From NCBI GenBank assembly GCA_977017645.1, contig OZ360221.1:270444001-270508000 (forward strand): a stretch of 64,000 nt of DNA, given 5' to 3'. The notes beneath the pieces were generated by a model. It was given only the letters and a program-made list of their open reading frames with translations. It was not told the DNA's origin and ran no database searches. Position numbers and translations under genes: made by a program. Positions 62,161 to 64,000 of this stretch are shown piece by piece (the first letter of the stretch is position 1; each line of letters begins with the position of its first letter). The stretch is from Torpedo marmorata (Eukaryota).

Positions 62161-62409
62161 GGTAACGGTGGGAACTTGCAAACAAGAGCCTTGTTCTATT
62201 GTGCCCACAAGACTTCAATAGAACCAGCCACTCCTTCATGCATTGCAACCCTGTAGAATATCTATCTTATGATTTCTATCCCACACCTATATATTTATGC
62301 CCTAACAATGTTGAGGTGAGCCATTAAATGTCACCAATCGATGTTTAGTCTCTCTCTTGTTCAAGAATACCTTTGCTTGTTACTTTGATGGTGTGAAGTT
62401 TGCTTGCCT

Positions 62410-63140
62410 TTTGTCAGCCTGTACCTGTTTAGGTCTTGTTACATGCAGACACTGGCTGTTTAATTTGCCGAGGGTTTGAGAATGGAACTGAATATTGTGT
62501 GATCATTAGCAAACAACCCCGTTTTTGACCATGTGATCCGAGGAAGGTCGTGAGGAGATCCTGCAGTGATGTGCTGGAACGTGGATGATTGACCTTCCAT
62601 GGGCTCAACTCTCTTTGGTGTAATGAATGACTCCTACTGTTGCAGACTCTCTGGCCCAATGTCCATTCTCTTTGGATTTACCAGCGATCCTGGATGACAC
62701 AGCAGGTCAAATGGTGCTTTGATGTTGAGGGCAGTCACTCTCACCTCACCCTGTGGAATTCAGCTCTATGGCCAACATTCGGAGCAGAACTGTGCTGGAC
62801 CTGAAGTCAAGAGATCCCGGCAAAATCTAATCTGGACGAGGCTGACAGGTTATTGGCAAGTAAGTGCTGCTTGTTGGCATTATCAATGATACCTTCTATC
62901 AATAGGGAGAAGATTAATAATAAGGCAGGTTGGAAATGCCCTGTTTATTTTTGTGAATGGGATATACCTAGGTAGTTGGCCACACTGATGGGCAGATGCC
63001 AGAATTGTAATTGTATGGAACAGCCAGAGTAGATGTGACCTGCGGGAGCACTTGACCCCAGCATCTGCAGTCGTTCTTGTTTAACTTGGTAATGGTTAGT
63101 TCTGGAGTGCAGGTCTTCAGCATTGCAGCTGGAATGTTGC
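62410..63140 (-). mobile_element. Ancient CR1-like LINE fragment
   Basis: Remnant of ADD..QYSVPF..LQQDL; degenerate. Confidence 0.5.
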
Positions 63141-63366
63141 CTCATCATGCTGCTAATGCCCCACTGCTCCCCTCTCGGGTGCTCTCCAATCCACATCTGC
63201 CCCTGCCCTCTCTGGCCCTCCCTTCACTTCCTCTCTTCACCCTGCTCCTCTCCATCTTATCCTCCCCTCCCTGATCCTTTCCACCCTGCCCTTCCCCTCT
63301 CTAATGCCTAGCTCCAACTCTCCGACTATCTGGATGGGGTTAGTGATGACCGTAACAGTTCTTTTG

Positions 63367-64000
63367 GTAAAAACACAATGCTGGAGAAATTCAACAGGTC
63401 AAACAGCATACTTTACATAGCAAAGATAAAGATACATAACCAACGTTTCGGGCTTGAGCCCTTCATCAAGGTATGAGCAAAATGTAGGCAGGTGCCTGAA
63501 CAAAATGGCGGGGAGGGGGGAGGGGCAGGGAGCGGAGCACAGATCCACAGGCAGGAGGTAATAGGTGGATAAGAGAGGGAGGGCACAGCAGCAAATGGGA
63601 GAGGGGGGCTAGCTCCGTGAATGGAGAGGGAAGGGGGTGGAGAGTTGGAGGAAAGAAGACAGAGGGATGAGTAAGATAGGGAGAACGGGGAGTGGTCTAG
63701 GAGAAGCCGGAGAAGTCTATGTTAATGCCATCCGGTTGGAGAGTGCCCAGATGGAATATTAGGTGTTGCTCCTCCAATTTATGGGTGGCCTTGGCTTGGC
63801 AGTGCATGAGGCCATGGACAGACATGTCAGTGTGGGATAGGGGCGCAGAATTGAAATGGTTGGCATTGATGTGGACAGAGCGAAGGTGCTCAGTGAAGTG
63901 ATCTCCCAGTCTGCGTGCAGTCTCTCTGATGTAGAGAAGGACACAATGGGAGCACTGGATGCAGAAGATGACCTCTGCTTCACTTAGAAGAGCTGTTTGG
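63367..64000 (-). mobile_element. Neptune-type PLE (pLTR and decayed GIY-YIG), continuing beyond the window
   Basis: Homologous to 46157-46800. Confidence 0.88.

Overview
This window is vertebrate nuclear DNA, most likely from a cartilaginous fish. That assignment is inferred from the repeat repertoire: V-domain tRNA SINEs, a SacSINE-like Deu SINE, CR1, Rex1/Babar, L1 and Neptune-type Penelope-like elements (PLEs). It is intronic or intergenic, dominated by transposable elements, with two assembly gaps. No host gene can be named; nearly all long ORFs are retrotransposon fragments. Highlights: (1) about a dozen copies of a minimal hammerhead-ribozyme-like motif in PLE terminal repeats, some arranged as solo or fold-back units; (2) a 12.8-kb nested stack (L1 > Rex1 > L1, plus two more L1s) that can be unpicked from target-site duplications (TSDs); (3) two 5'-inverted L1s; (4) a 5S-derived SINE and a non-coding element with a YY1-like head that share a 3' tail module; (5) a solo LTR and four TA-flanked MITEs; (6) a few weak exon and conserved-element candidates in unique sequence. 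Family names come from recalled motifs, not database searches, and boundaries without a TSD are approximate.
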